This document shows, in pieces, positions 17,469 to 18,418 of a stretch of DNA of 18,418 bases. The translations under genes and the position numbers were made by a program. Each line of letters begins with the position of its first letter. The stretch's first letter is position 1. Under the pieces are notes generated by a model. The model was not told where the DNA came from, searched no databases, and was given only the letters and a program-made list of their open reading frames with translations. The DNA is taken from NCBI GenBank assembly GCA_045863235.1, contig BTUM01000120.1:1-18418 (forward strand), written 5' to 3'. Source of the DNA: Candidatus Xenobia bacterium (GTDB lineage Bacteria; Vulcanimicrobiota; Xenobia; Xenobiales; QWHO01).

Positions 17469-18418
17469 CGAAGCGAGGGTGAGTCGAGATGAGCTGATTT
17501 TAGCGGCTGTAGTGCCACTAGAACTGCCATCTGAAAACACTTCTATTCTGCTCCAAAAACTCAGCGCGTGGCCTTTTGAGCGAGGTTTGCTCGTCAGTCA
17601 GTTGTTCTCGGCCGCGTCCAGACGCTTACTGATCCAGTGTATAACCCCGATCAGGGCTGGCGGAACAGCCCTGGCAAGCACGAGAAGGTATGGGTTCACG
17701 GTGGCCTTTCCCTCGAACCAGAAGGCCCGAACCCCGTGAAAGTAACAGGCGCCGACATACAGGATGCATACCCAGAGAACAATGCTCGCCAAGCATCCCA
17801 GCACCTTCCCGGCGCCTTCTGCTGCAAGTTCGCGCAGGGCCTCCCAGCCGTCACTGCTCATGATTCTGAAGTGGTTTTTGGTGCTTCGTTCTCGACCTTC
17901 TGGGCGTCGATCTTCGCTTGGGCCTTCTTCGCGTCTTCTCCGCGCCCATCTAGCACCAATCGAACAATGTTTGAGTCGACGCCGATATGTTTGGAGATCA
18001 GCTCAACGTCCTTATCATGGGATGCCCCTATCTCTTATGATATGAGCGAGAAGGTACCCCACGACTGCGAGAAGAGGCACGAAGAACCCGAAGGTTGAGC
18101 TCCCCCACCAAGTTGTGTAGCCTGCAGGCCAAAAGAGAGCATTTGCTGCTTGCTGCCGCGAACATTGCCTCCGAGATCGCCCAGGCTAAACGTGTCCAGG
18201 CATCATCCAACGAGTCCCAAACTGCCGCACATAACCAAGTTTGCGAGGCGAGGCGACGCAGCGACAGGAACCTTTGGCGACCTGAAGTTTCTGACGGCAC
18301 CAGCTCTTACCAGACTGGTCGAGTCGCGATACGTGTCGTTCGTGGGGGAACTGGCCCGCCTGGCCTGACCGATGAACAGAGGAAGTTTCTTGAGCAACTT
18401 GTGCGGGTGAGGACTGCT
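17461..18418. mobile_element. Putative edge of a lower-GC island or integrative element at tRNA-Ser
   Basis: Four hand-counted 60-nt lines give 47-50% GC, against 65-72% in three lines upstream. Short orphan ORFs; no integrase visible in the window. Confidence 0.4.
17598..17861 (-). CDS. Small two-TM membrane protein (87 aa)
   Basis: Two hydrophobic stretches (VLGCLASIVLWVCILYVGACYF and YLLVLARAVPPALIGVIHW). Its ATG overlaps an upstream TGA (ATGA). Confidence 0.55.
   Translation of the reverse strand: MSSDGWEALRELAAEGAGKVLGCLASIVLWVCILYVGACYFHGVRAFWFEGKATVNPYLLVLARAVPPALIGVIHWISKRLDAAENN

Noticed and set aside
17147..17530. 127-aa minus-strand ORF
   Set aside because: Overlaps tRNA-Ser; GGERGIRTPG is the typical translation of an antisense tRNA.
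18015..18186. Minus-strand hydrophobic frame ...FGFFVPLLAVVGYLLAHIIRDRGIP*
   Set aside because: An upstream in-frame TAG and no convincing start codon; it cannot be supported as a gene.

Overview
GC-rich bacterial chromosomal segment, about 65-70% GC in hand-counted lines. The style of the orphan proteins tentatively suggests Ca. Eremiobacterota or a related lineage (inference only). From left to right: (1) the 3' part of a giant protein with a Pro/Glu/Val tandem-repeat linker, a STAND/NACHT-like NTPase and about 19 TPRs; (2) a convergent, degenerate Rcp1/CheY-like pseudo-receiver; (3) two minus-strand orphans, a 270-aa hydrophobic-helix protein and a 573-aa protein with a half-MFS-like core, whose promoters share an identical GTTAAC-N32-(-10) architecture; (4) a double zf-TFIIB protein; (5) mce-lepA; (6) a minimal Fe-S cluster set: iscA-like, iscS and an iscU-like gene lacking its third Cys; (7) a small 4-Cys protein, a TPR protein and a zinc-ribbon membrane protein; (8) tRNA-Ser(TGA) followed by a lower-GC segment that looks like the edge of an integrated island. 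The strongest novelty candidates are the shared GTTAAC promoter motif with its orphan genes, the NLR-like giant protein next to the pseudo-receiver, and the Cys-to-Gly IscU beside a 4-Cys orphan.
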